Shown here: one piece after another, positions 28,947 through 42,136 of the stretch
Numbering within the stretch: position 1 is the first letter of the stretch
How the letters are laid out: each line of letters opens with the position of its first letter
From: Scenedesmus sp. PABB004
Taxonomy: Eukaryota
Length of the DNA: 64,000 bases
Direction: 5' to 3'
Assembly: GCA_014905635.1 (NCBI GenBank)
Contig: JABVCE010000007.1
Coordinates: 124,001-188,000, forward strand
Notes under the pieces: model-generated
Told to the model about the DNA's origin: nothing
Database searches by the model: none
The model's input: only the letters and a program-made list of their open reading frames with translations
Program-made: the position numbers and the translations under genes

Positions 28947-31900
28947 ATGGCGAGCAAGGAAGAGAAGGAGCGCGCAGCGGCGGAGCTCCAGGCCGCGGCG
29001 CGCCCGCTGTTCGCGGGCATCGGGCTGGAGGAGAAAGTGATAGAGTGCGTCGCTCGGACGCGCCACGCGCGATCAGGGCCCCCCTGCGGCCCGGCGCAGC
29101 GCGGGGGAGGCCATCGCCGCCCGCGATGGCGTCTCCCGGCGCCTGGCGGGCCGCAGAGCCGCCCCCGCCCGCCGCACCGCGCCCCCAGGAGCGCGCTAAA
29201 GAACCTCAAGTTCACGCAGGCCCTCGTGGACGTCATCAGGGAGGCGGGCCTGAGCGGCGGCTGCGCCAAGCCCAAGGGCAACCTGCTCTACACCACCGCC
29301 AGCAAGGTGGGGCCGCAGCTCGCGCGGGCACACAGCCGGCGGGCTGGCGCCACCGCGCCGCCGCGCGGGCGCCGCCGCCGCTGCCGCTGCGGCAACCGCC
29401 GCGGCACGGCCGCGCTGCGGGCGCGCCGCGGTGTCGACAGCGGCCGCCGCGCCGAGGATCGCCGCGTCGCGCCGAGGATCGCCGCGCCGCGCCGCGCCGC
29501 AGCACCCCGCCAATGCGCTGGTGCACCGGCCCATGCTGCTGGCGTACGTGGCGGAGGACAAGATCAAGGCGCGGCGCCTCGCGCGCCGCGGCGCACGCGG
29601 CTGGTTCAGTCTGGCGCGCACGCGGCCAGCGCGGCTGGCGCGGCTGGCGCGCAGCAGCAGCAGCAGCGGGCAGCGGCGGGCAGCGCCCGACGCGCGGCCG
29701 CCGCGCCGCCGCCGCGCCGCGCAGTCGATGCCGCAGCTGGACGGCGCGTTTGAGTACCTAAGGAAGCTCGGCGGCGAGCCCGCCGACGCGGCGAGCTTTG
29801 AGGCCGCCGCGGGCGTGGGCGTCGTGGTCAGCGCCGAGGAGATCGCCGCCGCCGTCGCGGCCGCGATCGAGCCCAAGCGCGACGCGCTGCTGGAGGAGCG
29901 GTGCGGCGCGCACGCTCGCGCGGCGGCAGCGGCCAGGCAGCTGCCGCCGACGCACCGCGCGCCGCGCGCCGAGCCCGCCGCTCGGCCCCGGCGCCGCCCC
30001 GCGCGGCCCCCTCGAACAGGTATCAGTTCAACACCAACGTGCTGCTCGCGCCGGTGACCAAGGCGCTGCGCTGGGCCGACGGCGGGTCGGTGCGTGAGGA
30101 GCTGGTGCGCCAGGTCGAGGCGCTCCTGGGGCCCAAGACCGAGGACGACCTCAAGCCGCCGGAGAAGAAGAAAAAGCCCAAGGCGCGGCGGCACCTGCGG
30201 AGGGGGGGGGGGCAGGCTGCCTTGCCCCCGTGCACACCGCGCCGCGCCGCGCCGCGTGGCGCCGCGTGGCGCATCCATCGGAGGGCCGCGGCCGCTCACG
30301 CGTCGCGTCGGCGCGCGTGTCGCCGCAGGCTGAGAAGCCCAAGCCCGCCAAGGAGGAGGCGGCGGCCAAGGCAGCGGCGGCGGCGGCGGAGGAGGTGCGG
30401 CGGCGGCGCGGCAGCGCGGCTGCCGGGTCAGGGGGCCTGGCGGGCAGCGCAGCAGCAGCAAGAGCCTCGGGGGCTGCGCGCGCTCGTTCGCCGCGGGCGC
30501 TGGCGCTGACGCGCCGTGCGCCGCGCCGCCGCCGCCGCGCGTGGCGGGCGCAGGCGGTGCCGGACGACCCCTATGCCTTCATGCCCCGGCCGGAGGACAA
30601 CAACCAGGCGCGCCGCGCTGCGCTGCGCGGGGGCAGCGGCCGGCGGGCGGCAGCGGCCCGCGGGCGGCAGCGGGCGACAGCGGCTGGGCAGGCGGCGACG
30701 GCGCGTCGCCCGCCGCCGCCCCGCGCCGCGGCGCGCGCAGGTGCACACGACGGTCAACTGGAGCGACGGCAGCGTGCTGCGCATCGCCAACAGCCCCGCC
30801 GTGCTCGCGGCGCACCTCGCGGCCACGGGCGGCAAGGTCGTGACGCGCTTCCCGCCCGAGCCCAACGGCTACCTCCACATCGGCCACGCCAAGGCGCGGC
30901 CGTGCGGCGGCGCGCCGGCCGCGCCGCCCGCAGCGCCCGCCTGCGCCGCCCCGCACCTCACCCCCTCTCGCGCGCGCGCCTCTCACCCCCTTGCGCCCCG
31001 CCGCGCCCCGCCGCTCGCGCCCCGCCGCGGCGCAGGCGATGTTTGTTGACTTTGGCATGGCGCGGCAGTACGGCGGCGTGTGCTACCTGCGCTTTGACGA
31101 CACCAACCCCGAGGCGGAGAAGCAGGAGTACATCGACCACATCGAGGTGTGATGATGGGTGTGTGACACACACGCGGTCACACTGTCACTCTGTCACACA
31201 CGCGCGCGCGGGCCGCCCGAGGGACGGCCCGCACTGCAGCGCCCTGCGCCCGCGCGACGCGCGCGCCAGCAGCCGCGGCGCGCGGCGCAGCACGGCGCGG
31301 CGCAGCAGGCGCGGCGCAGCAGGCGGCGGCACAGCAGGCGGCGGCGGGGCTCACGCGGCGCTGCTCCTGCGCTGCCGCGGCCGGCCGCGCTGTGCCGGCG
31401 CGCAGGAGATTGTGTCGTGGATGGGGTGGTCGCCCTGGCGAGTCACCTACGCGAGCCAGTACTTTGAGCAGCTCCACGCCTACGCGGTCGCGCTCATACG
31501 GGCGGGCAAGGCCTTCGTCTGCCACCAGGCGCGCCGCCCCGCCCCGCCCCGCGCGCAGCCGCGCGCAGCCGCCGCGCCGCGCCGCGCCCGCCGCGTCCGC
31601 CGCGCCGCGCCCGCGCCCGCGCCGCGCCGCGCCCGCGCCGCCGCCCACTCCTTGTCCCCGCTTCCACCTGTCCGCCCTGTTTAGACCAAGGCGGAGATCG
31701 AGGAGGCGCGCGAGAAGGGCCTGCCCAGCCCCTGGCGCGAGCGCAGCGTGGAGGAGAACCTGGCGATCTTTGAGGACATGCGCCGCGGGCTCTACGCTGA
31801 GGGCGAGGCCACGCTGCGCATGAAGGCGCGGCGCGGCGCGGCCGCCGCCTCGGCCGGCGCTCCCCGCGCCCGCCCTGGCTCAAGCCCTAAACCCGGCCTC

Positions 31901-34176
31901 CCTGCCACCCGCAGATGGACTACAAGAACGAAAACCCCAACATGTGGGACAGCGTGGCCTACCGGTGCGCGGCGCCGCCGCCGCAGCTCACCCGCGCCCT
32001 GCCGCCGCAGCTCACCCTCGCCCCCGCCCCGGGGCTCGCCCCAACCGCCGCACCCCGCCCGCCCCGCCCCGCCGGCGCGCGCGCAGCATCAAGTACGTGG
32101 CCCACCCCATGGCGGGTGACGCGTGGTGCATCTACCCCAGCTACGACTTCACGCACTGCCTCTGCGACGCGATCGAAAACATCACCCACTCACTCTGCAC
32201 GCTCGAGTTTGAGTCGCGCCGCGCGAGCTACTACTGGTGCGCGGCGGCCGCGCGGCCCGGGTGCCCCGCGCGCGCGTGCGTGCCTCGTGTGTGTGCGCGT
32301 GCGCGCGCGTGCGTGCGCAGCGGCGCCGGGCCCACGCAGCCCGCCCCCGCCGCCGCGCCGCTTGCCCATCTGCGTCCAGGCTGCTGGATGTGCTGGGCAC
32401 GTACAAGCCGGTGGTGTGGGAGTACAGCCGGCTCAACATCACCAACACGGTCCTCTCCAAGCGCAAGCTCAACCGCCTCGTTACAGACGGCCACGTGAAC
32501 GGCTGGGACGACCCGCGGTGCGTGCGGCGCGCGTGCGGCGCGCTGCTGCCGCGGCTCGGCGCGGCACCCCACGCGCGCCCGTCCACAGCCTCCGCGCGCC
32601 GCGCGCCGCGCCCACGCCGGCCCCCCTCCCGCGCGGCCACCACAACGCGCGCAGGCTGCTGACGCTCGCGGGCCTGCGGCGGCGCGGCGTGGCGCCGGGT
32701 TCGATCAACGCGTTCTGCCGCGAGGTCGGCATCACGCGCAACGCCAACGTCATACCATACCACAAGCTCGAGCACCACGTGCGCGCGCACCTCGACGCAA
32801 CCAGCCCACGCACGCTCGCGGTGCTGCGCCCGCTCAAGGTGCGCGCGCCGCGCGCGGCGCCGCGCCGCACGCGGCGCTGCGCTGCGGCACGCCCGCGGCC
32901 GCCGCCGCGCCGCGGGGCGCGCGGCGCCGCGCCGCGCTCCTGAGCTGACCCCCGCGCCCCCGCGGCGGGCGGGGCGGGCGGGCGGGCGGCAGGTCGTGCT
33001 GACCAACGTGCCCGAGGGCGAGGCGCGCACCGTGAGCGGCGCGACGCTGCCGGGGCGGCCCGAGAGCGAGTCGTACGGCCTGCCGTTTGGGCGCGTGGTG
33101 TACATCGAGGCCAGCGACTTCCGCCTGGCCGACGCCAAGGACTACTACGGCCTCGCGCCCGGCAAGAGCGGGATGCTGCGGTGCGGCCCGCGCCGCGCGG
33201 CGCGCGCGCGCCGCGGCGCGGCGTGGCTGGCGCGCGCGCCCTGCCGCGCGGCGCGTCCTGCGACCCGGGCCGCCGCCGCCGGCTGCCGGGGCCGGCCGCC
33301 GCGGCGGGGGCGGGGGCACGGGCGGCGCGCTGCGCGCGCTCCCGCGCCGCCGCGGCGCGCGTCGCTCACTCGCGCGCGTCCCTCGCTGTCACGCGGCTGC
33401 GCGGCCTCCAGGTACGCGTGCCCCATCACCGTCACCGGCTACTCCACGGGCCCCGACGGCGCCGTGGCGGAGGTGACCGCGGAGGCAGACCTCGACTGGG
33501 ACGCCGCGGGGCGCAAGCCGCCCAAGGGCGTGCTCAACTGGGTCGCCCAGCCGTCGCCGGGGACCGACCCGGAGCGCTGCGAGGTGCGCGGCGGCTGCGC
33601 CGCGCTGCGCCGCGCTGCCCCGCGCCCGCGCTCACAGGCTCGCGCTCACAGGCTCGCGCTCCCTGCTCCCCCCCCCTCCCTCGCTCCCTCTCTCCCTAAA
33701 CCTCCCCCCGCGCCCCGCCCCCCGCGTCCACGCAGGTGCGGCTGTACGACGTGCTCTTCCGCAGCGAGGCGCCCGACGCGCTCGGCGAGTCCTGGCTGGA
33801 CGACCTCAACCCCGGCAGCCTCGAGGTGCTCAGCGGCGCGATGGTCAACCCACACCTCGCGGCAGCAGCGCAGGTGCGCGCCGCGCCTTGCACCGCGCTG
33901 TGCGCCGCCCCGCCTGCCCGCCCGCAGCCGTGCCGCGCCCCTCGCCCGCGCCCCTCTGCCCCCCCCCCCCGCCCCGCCCGCTCCCCCGCTCACCCGCCCC
34001 GGCCCTCCCCTGCCCCCTCCCCTGCCCCTGCCCTGGCGCCGCCGCGGGCGCAGCCGTTCCAGCGGTACCAGTTTGAGCGGCTCGGCTACTTTTGCGTCGA
34101 CCCCGACAGCCGCCCCGGCGCGCTCGTGTTCAACCGCACCGTCAGCCTGCGCGACAGCTTCCCCAGGGCCAAGTGA
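28947..34176 (+). CDS. QARS: Glutamine--tRNA ligase (cytosolic GlnRS with eukaryotic N-terminal domain); 19 exons
   Basis: [20 protein letters not shown] (HIGH), [43 protein letters not shown] (KMSKS equivalent), GWDDPRLLTL and [15 protein letters not shown]. Confidence 0.98.
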
Positions 34177-34598
34177 GGCGCTGCGCCGCGCCACACACAC
34201 CGCCACAGCGCGCAGCGCGCGGGGGGCCGGCGCCGCGGCGCGCGCGCCGCCAGCTGGGCGGCGCCGCCGCGGGCCGGCGCTGCAGCAGGCGCTGCAGCGC
34301 GGCCGCGCGCGCGTGCGGGGCTGATGCGGGGGCGGCTCGCGTGCTGCTCTCCCTTTTGTGTCTGCTGTCCCTGAACTCGTCTGTCGTCTGCGCGTTTCTC
34401 GCGAGCGGCTGTGTGGCGCGGCGGCCATTGCCGCGCGGCGCGCGCGGCGGCGGGCGGCGGCGGCCAGCTCGGCCTCGGCGCGCTGCTGAGTGACACGCGC
34501 CCTGGCCCCCCGCCCTCGGCACCGAGCCGCGACGCACCACCGCGCCCGCGCCTGCTCCGCGCCCGAGCCCGCCCCCGCCGCCGCCGCTGCAGCGCCAG

Positions 34599-35913
34599 CT
34601 AGCCGTCGGGGCGGCGGGCAAAGACGGCGTAGTTGATGGGCAGCCCTTGAATGAGCAGCGGGCACTCGATCACCACCGCCATGCCCGCGCCCGCCAGCAG
34701 CGCAGCGACCGCCAGCACGCGCCCGCCCTCGCGCGGCGGCGGCGCGCCCGGCGCGCCCGGGTGCGGGACAAAGACCACCGCCGCGCCGTCGATGCCGCCG
34801 CCGCGCGGGCCGCGCAGCTCCGGCGGCGCGGCGGCCGGCGGCGCGCGGCCGGGCGGCGCGCCGGGCGGCGCGTCAAACTCGCCCGGCAGCACGTCGTGCA
34901 CCTCCGCCACGACCTGGCGCACGGACCGCCAGGCGTCGGGGCCGCCGAGGCCCTGCAGCACCTCCAGCTCCGCGCCCTCGCAGTCGACCTTCAGCAGCGC
35001 CACGCCACCGCCGCCGCCGCCCGCGAGGCCGTGCGCGGCCAGCAGCTCGCCGAGCGTACGCAGCGGCGCCGTGAGCAGCGCGCGGCTCGCGAAGCGCTCG
35101 GGCATGGCCGCGCCCTGCAGCGCCGCCTTCTCGGCCGCCCAGCCCGCCAGCGTGGAGTTGGCAGGCATGGCGGGAAAGAACACGAGTGTCGCCGCCTCGC
35201 CGCCGGGCGGCGCCTCGCGCGCGAGCGCCGCGCGCTCGAGCGTCACGTTGCCTGCGCGGCGCGGCGCGGCGCGGCGCGGCGCGGCGCGGCGCGGCGCGCG
35301 TGGGGCGGGCGCGAGGGCGCAGCGCGGCGCGCGGCGCGGCGCGCGGTGCGGCGCGCGCTGGGCACTCACGCGGGTACGGCGGCGACACGCGGCCCGGCGC
35401 GGGCGGCGCGGCGACGTGGCCGTACGCCGGGTTGAGCTCGAAGAAGGAGCCGCCGCTGCTGGCGGCGCCGCCGCAGCCGAGCAGGTTGGCGGTCAGTGCG
35501 GCAAACGTGGGCGGGGCGGGCTCGACGCCGAGGTAGGTCACGTCGCCGCCGGGCACGGACGCGAGCGCGGCCGCGGCAAAGGCGCCCACGTGCGCGCCGA
35601 CGTCGACGACCGCGTCGCCGGGGCGCAGCGACACGCCGTGCCGGAAGTAGCACCGGTCGAGCAGGACCTCTTGCAGGATGAACGCGTCTGCGGCGGGCGG
35701 GTAGGCGGCGGCTGGCGGCTGGCGGGGCAGCTGACCGCGAGCGGCCGCGGCAGCTGGCGGCCAGCCTCGCGGCCGCTGGCAGCTGGCTGGCCGGCGCGGC
35801 AGCGGGCGCGGCGCGCCTTCGGCGGCCGCCGCGGGGCCGGTCGTGTGCAGCTCCAGCGTGGTGCCCCGCAGACAGAACTCCAGGAGCGCCGGCGCCGGCG
35901 CCGCGCCGTCCAT
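34599..35913 (-). CDS. FkbM family (Methyltransf_21) SAM-dependent methyltransferase; 3 exons
   Basis: FILQEVLLDRCYFRHGVSLRPGDAVVDVGAHVGAFA..VEPAPPTFAALTANL; LLKVDCEGAELEVLQGL..W.SVRQVVAEVHD. Confidence 0.9.
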
Positions 35914-36162
35914 CGCGCCGGCGCCGGCGCCGCGCCGCGCGCTGCTGCTCCCGCGCCCCGCCGCGGCGCGCGCAGGCGGCGGCGCTGCCCCGCTGCGGGC
36001 CGGGGGCTGCCGGAGCCGTGCGGGGCGCAGGCTGGCCGGGTGCCGGCCTGGGTGGGGGGCAGCTCGAACGCCCTGAGCCCTCAGCCCTCCTACCAGCATC
36101 ACACAGCACTGCTCCCGCGCGCTGGGGGGCCGCGCCAGTCGTCCGCCCCGCCCACAGACACC

Positions 36163-37072
36163 ATGGCGCTCCGTCAGCTCGCCAAGACCGCCGGCGCGTC
36201 GTGGGGCCTGCGCGCCAGCGCGGGGCCGGGCGTCGCGGAGTGGGGCGCCTGCTTCAGCCGGGCCTTCGCCTCGGGTGGGGCCCGGCGCGCGCTCATTGGC
36301 GGCCCGTGGGCTGGACCGAAGCTCACCCTGCCCCCTGCCCGCGCAGTGCTGCCGGAGCTCAAGTACGCGACGAGCCACGAGTGGGCAAAGCCGGGCGGCG
36401 ATGTCGCGGTGGTGGGCATCTCCGACCACGCGCAGGTGGGGCCCGCTGGCGCCGCACCGCGCGGCGGGTGCCCCGGGCGCCCTCCCCCGAGCCCGGCGCG
36501 CCGCGCAGGGCGAGCTGGGCGACGTGGTGTACGTTGAGCTGCCCGAGGTGGGCTCGTCCGTGACCAAGGGCGAGACGTTTGGCGTCGTGGAGTCGGTCAA
36601 GGTGCGCGGGGGACGGGGCCATCCCAACCGGCGCGGCGGCGCGGCCAATGCAGCGCGGCCGCGCGCGGAGCGGCGCGACGAGTCGCGCGCGCCGCTGCTG
36701 CTGCTGCCGCGCGCGCGCGCGCCCCGCCGAGCCCGCTGCGCGCCGCCGCCGCGTGGCCAGGCGGCGAGCGACGTCTACTCGCCCGTCAGCGGTGAGGTGG
36801 TGGAGATCAACCAGGCGCTCGTCGACGAGCCCGCCAAGGCACGCGGGCGGCCGGGCGAGCGCCCCGCGCAGCGCGGCGCGCGGCCGCGCAGCCGCCGAGC
36901 CAGCAGCGCGGGGCGCGCCGCGCTCAGCCCAGCGCGCGCTGCGCCGGGACGTCCGCAGGTCAACGGCTCGCCGTACGAGGAGGGCTGGATGATCAAGGTC
37001 AAGCTCTCCGCGCCGGCGGAGCTCGACGAGCTGCTGGACAGCGCGGCGTACGAGAAGCACTGCGAGCACTAG
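36163..37072 (+). CDS. GCSH: Glycine cleavage system H protein, mitochondrial; 5 exons
   Basis: Mitochondrial presequence, then LKYATSHEWAK, VGISDHAQGELGDVVYVELP, the lipoyl-Lys motif VESVKAASDVYSPVSG and VNGSPYEEGWMIK. Confidence 0.98.
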
Positions 37073-37525
37073 CTGCCGCGCCCCGCGCGCAGGCCCCGCC
37101 GCGCCCCGCCCCGCCCCGCCCGCGGCGGGCGCAGCCGCGCCCGCCGCGCAGCGCGCGAGCGGGGCGGGCGGGCGGGCGGGCAGCAGCAGCAGCAGCCGCA
37201 GCGGCCGGCTTCAGCAGCAGCAGCAGCTTGTTCGCTCCGGCACCGACAACCAGCACTGCATGACGATGGCGGCCCACCGCCGGCCGCGCCGCACGCGCGT
37301 GCGTGCGGCCCCACACAGGCGCGCGCGCGGGGGGTGGCGGCCGCCTCTTGCCTTTACCAGCGGGCGGCGGCCGGCCGGCCTGCAGGAACGGCCGCGGCCC
37401 GCCGCCGGCAGCGCGCGGCGCGCGCAGCACGCGCACGCTTGTAACGCACCCAGCCGAGCGCGGGCCGCCCTCTCTCCCAATGGCCGCGCGGCGCCTCGCC
37501 GGCGGGCCTCCACGGGCGCGCCGGC

Positions 37526-38536
37526 TCACTCCCAGGTGCCCTGCGCGCGCGCACGAGCCGGCGCGGGGTCGGGGGCGCGCGATCGGTCGCCGCGCGCCGC
37601 CGCTGCCCCGAGCTGCTGCCGCGGCCGGGGTCACGGGGCCGCACCTTCCCCTTGGCGCCCTTGCGGATGAGCTCCTTGCTCACGCCCTCCAGCATGCCCT
37701 GCGCGGCGCGGCGCCGGCGCGCGAGGCCGGCGCTCGGGCGCGCCGCGCGGCGCCAGAATGGCTGTGCGACCCGGGCCGCGCGCGCCCTGCTCCTCCTCTG
37801 TCGGCCCCCCTCCCGCGGCCCTGCCGCGCTGCCGCCTCCCTGCCCGCGCCCCTGCAGGCAGCCCGCGCAGGCAGCCCTGCGAGCGCGGCGCGCCTCGTTG
37901 ATGACCTCGTCGATGACCGCCGCGATGCGGGCGTACTTTTCGAAAAACACGCTCTCCGTCGGCGGCTTGCCCACGACGTCGGCGATGGCGATCATGATCA
38001 CGCGCAGCACGCCCGACACTGCGGCCCGGGCCCGCGCCGGCGCGCGCACGTGAAGCAGCGCGTGGGACAGCGCGGCGGCCGCGGCGGCAACAGCGGCGGC
38101 GGCGGTCGCCGCGCCGCGCGCGCGGCGCCGGGCCACTCACGCGCCATCTCGTCGTACTCGCCGCTGCCGAGCGCGTAAAAGACCAGGTCCATGGTCGGGA
38201 TGAGCACGAAGCAGCCCTCCCTGGCGCGCCGCGCGGCACCGAGCAGCGGCAGCGGCGGTTGGGCGCGGGCGGCGGGGGGCGGGCGCATGCGGCGGCGCGC
38301 CGGTGGTCGTGCTGCTGCGGCGGGCGCAGCGCGGTCCGCGGCCCAACCGCGCGCCTGAAGGCGCCCACGAAATCCTGGTTGTCGTTGGACAGGTTGACGG
38401 AGTCGGTGGCGGCCGCGAACGCGGCGCGGACTTCGGCCTTGTCGAGCTCGCTGTACGCGTCGTAGTAGCGCTCGTAGACCACCTCGCCGGCCTTGGTGGC
38501 CACCACCACGCAGTGTATTCGCCCAAAGTCGGCCAT
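37526..38536 (-). CDS. Sigma-adaptin-like longin subunit of the TSET/TPLATE complex (TSPOON/LOLITA); 5 exons
   Basis: IHCVVVATKAGEVVYERY...LGSGEYDEMALSGVLRVIMIAIADVVGKPPTESVFFEKYARIAAVIDEVINEGMLE closely parallels remembered plant LOLITA (G.DEYDELAL...DVCGKPPTE.VF..KY.RI...DE). The last mini-exon encodes GTWE*. Confidence 0.8.
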
Positions 38537-39015
38537 CGGCGCCACGAGGGGCGCTGGAGGTCGCGGCGATCAGCAGCGGCGGCGGCGCCGAGCAATCACC
38601 GGCCCGCGCCGGCGCCCATGGGCCGCGGCCGCGCCCGCACGCCCGCCCGGGACGCGGTGGGTGCCTTCAGCCGCGCGGATCGGATCGCTGCTGCTGCCTC
38701 AGGGCGCGGGGGTGTCGCGGCAACGGCAGCGGCGACAGCGGCGGCGCGTGCGTTCGGCGGACAGCGGCGTGGGCTTCGTCTCGCGCTGGCGCTGCAGATC
38801 AACAAGGCGGCGCCGAACACACCGCACGTTGCTGCGTTACTGCTTCGCCGCCGCCGCGTTGAACCCCGGCCGCTGCGCTCAAACGCTGACGACCGCCGCG
38901 GCGGGCACCGCGCGGGTGCCGGGCCCGCCCCCCAATACCGCTGCCGCCGCCGCTGCACAGCCTACACGTACATCGCCGCCGCTCCCCTCACGGCGCGCCG
39001 CTCGGGGCGCGCCGC

Positions 39016-42000
39016 TCACATCGGCGGCCGCCGGCGCCCCGTGACGCGCCGGCTGCGGCTGCCGCGCCCGCCGCTCGCCCAGCCCGCGTCGGCGCCGCCG
39101 GCGGCGCCGCCGCCGCCGCGGTCGCGCATGAGCAGGTCTGCCTCGCTCGCGCGGATGCCGCTCGCGCCGACCATGCCCAGCCCCGCGCCCTCGCCCGCAG
39201 CGCCCGCGCCGGCGCCGCCGCGCCGCGCCGCGCCGCGCGCCCACGCCGCCTCGGCGGCCGACAGCAGGCGCTCCTGCGGGTTGAGCCCGAGCTGGCGCAG
39301 CAGGTCTGCAAAGTAGCGCGGCCGCGCCGCGTGCGGCACGCGGCGCAGCTCGGGCAGGCGCAGCCAGAAGACCTCGTCGTAGCCGTTGCGCCGCAGCACC
39401 GCCTCCTCCCACTGCGCGGGCGCGAGCTTGCCGCCGTCGGCGTCGAGCCGGCGCTCGTCGAGCAGCTGCAGCGCGACGAGCCGCCCCCCGCTCGCGGTGA
39501 GCTCCACGTCCACCGGGATGAGCCCGTCCAGCCGGCTGCGCACGCCGACGCGCGCCTTGATGCCGAGCTGGCCGAGCAGCCACGACAGCTCGCCCAGCAG
39601 CGGCGCCTGCTGCTGGGCGGCGCCGCCGCCGCCGCCGCCGCCGCCGCGGGCGTGCGCGCGCGTGTTGCCGGCGAGCCACGCGCCGCGCAGCCGCTCCAGC
39701 ACGCGCGGCGGCAGCTCCACCGGGGCGTCCTCCAGCCGCGCCGCGAGGTACGCCTGGAACGCCTGCCGCGCGAGGCTGTCGGGGAAGGCGCGCGCGCGCT
39801 CGCGCAGCACCGCCACCTCCTCCGCGCCCAGCGCCGCCGCGGGCGGCGCCGCGCCGCCGGCGGCGGCCGGCGCCCCCGCCGCCGGCGCGTCCGCCGCGCG
39901 GCCGCCGCGGCGCGGCGGCTGCTGCGGCCCCGCCGCGTCGAGCGCCGCCTGCGCCGCATCGGCCGCCTCGACCAGCGCGGCGACGGTGTCTGTCAGGCGG
40001 CCAAAGAGCGGCGCCGTCACGCAGCGCGTCATCCCGAGGCCCCAGTACAGGCTCGCCACCTCGCTCGGCCGCATGCCCGGCAGCAGCGCCTCGCCGCGCG
40101 ACAGCAGCGCGTCGCGGAGCTCCGGCTGGCTGCTGAAGTCGTAGCCAAACGTGCCCAGCACGTGCAGCAGGCTCGCGACGTCGGCGGGCTTCAGCGCCTG
40201 GCGGCGGCGGGCGGCGGGCGAGCGAGTGAGCGAGCGGGGGCGCGCGGGCGAGCGGGGCCGGTGCCGCACGCAGGGCGTGCCGCCGCGCCGCCGGCGAGGC
40301 CCCCGCGCGCACAGCGGCGCACCTGCGCCTGGCTGGCGACGTGCTTGGCGATGGTGCCCAGCACGCGCGGGCGGTAGCGCCCCGCGCCCGCCGCCCACAG
40401 CAGGTTGAGCACCTCCTGCAGCTTGCAGTCCTGCAGGTGCCCCGCGACCCACTCGCAGCCCTTCTCCAGCAGCGCCGGCTCGTGCTGCCCGAGCTTCGCG
40501 GCCGCCCACAGGCTGTTGGCGACGCCCTGCGAGCCGAGCTCGTCGAACGAGAGCGACGGGTCGCGCAGCCGCCGCGCCGCCGTCGCCGCGAGCGCGCCCG
40601 CCGCGGCCGCGAGCTGCTTCGCGGCCGGCGGCGCACGCGCGCCGGCGCCGCCGGCCGCGAGCGTGGCCGCCGCCCAGAGCGCCATGGAGAGGCTCTGCCC
40701 GCCCATCGCGCCGCGGTCGATGAGCGACTGCGCCTGCGCGCACAGCGCGCACAGCGCGGGCACGCTGCTGCCGCCGCCGCCGCCGGCGCCGCCGCCGCCG
40801 CCGCGCAGGCCGAGCTGCGCGTATGCGTAGAGCGCGGACGAGACGTCGCGGTCGTTGAAGCGCCGCGCGCTCGCCTGCACCGCGGCCTCCAGCGCGGGCA
40901 GCAGGCCGCCCAGCCCGCCCGCGCCGGGGCTGCGCAGCGCCGGCAGCGGCACGCCGAGCACGGCGCAGCTGTGCAGGCTCGTGGAGAGCTGCATCGGGTT
41001 GAGCTGCCCCGCCTGCGCCGCGAGGCGCGCGAGGAGGCGCAGGAAGGCCGGCTCGCCCAGCAGCCCGCGCCGCGCCTCCCAGGGCAGGCCGCGGCCAAAC
41101 TTGGCGACCCGGTTCAACGCCGTCACGGTGTGGTGCGCGCCAAAGCGCGGCAGCTCGTCGCCCACGATGTCCAGCACGTCCTGTGCGCACCGCGCCTCCG
41201 CAAACTCAGCCTGCAGCTCCGCGTCGTACTCGTCGTCGCTGCTGGCGGCGGCAGGCGCCGCCGGCGCGACAACGGGCGCTGCCGCTGCATGCGCGGCGGC
41301 GCCGGTGCCGTTGCTGCTGCTGGCGCTGGCGCTGCCGCCGCTGCTGCTGCTGGCGCCGGCGCCGTTGGACGCGGCGTCCGCAAACGCCTCGCTCACCAGC
41401 GCCCGCGCGCTGTGCTGTGGCTGCGCCTGCTGCTCCTGCTGCTGCTCCTGCTGCAGCAGCCCGCCGTGCGCGTGCGGCTCCACCGCCGCGGCTGCCGGCG
41501 CGGGCGGCGCTGCGCCCTCGCTGGCGCTGCTGCCGCTGGCGGCCGACGCCCGCGTGCGGCTGCTGCTGCGCAGGCTGCGCACCACGCCCGCGGGGGCGGT
41601 GCCGGCGCTCGCGCGCAGCGCCACCGCGCCCGCCGCGCGCACGCGCGACCTGCTGCCGCCGCGCGTCAGGCCCGCGCCGGCCTCGCCGCCCGCCAGCACC
41701 GCGTCGGGGCCGTCCAGCGCGCCGCCGTCCAGCTGCGGGGCGGCCAGAGCGGGGCGCGGGCGGGTGAGCGGCGGGTGAGCGCCGCGCACCGGCGCCACGC
41801 ATGCGGGCGCCGCCGGCGCGCCGCGGCGGCCGGCAGCAGCGGCGCGCGCCGCCGGCCTCACCTCCAGCGCGGCCGCCAGGTGCAGGGCGCTGCTGGTGTC
41901 GTGCAGGTCGATGCTAGCGGCGCTCAGCGTCCTGCGCGGGCGGGGCGGGCGCGCGTGAGCCGGGCGCGCGGGGCGGGTGGTGGAGGCCGCCATGCCGCGC

Positions 42001-42136
42001 CGCCTCACCTGGCCGGCCGGGGCGAGCGGGCGGCGCGGCGGGGCATCGCTCCCGCGAGCCGAGGCCGCCGTGTGCATCCAGGGCAGGCCGCCCCCACGCC
42101 GGCGCGCCCGCGCGCAGGCACGGGCGCGGAGCGCAT
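39016..42136 (-). CDS. Octotricopeptide-repeat (OPR)/RAP-domain organellar RNA-binding protein; 4 exons
   Basis: Transit-like N-terminus; repeats such as LNPMQLSTSLHSCAVLG, FNDRDVSSALYAYAQLG, LGSQGVANSLWAAAKLG and CKLQEVLNLLWAAG; C-terminal RAP-like IPVDVEL..RLVALQL...VLRRNGY..FWL. Confidence 0.85.

Noticed and set aside
28947..37072. Bacterial-like genes (GlnRS, FkbM, GcvH) suggesting an operon or contamination
   Set aside because: All have spliceosomal introns in the host style, and GlnRS and GcvH carry eukaryotic N-terminal extensions or targeting peptides.
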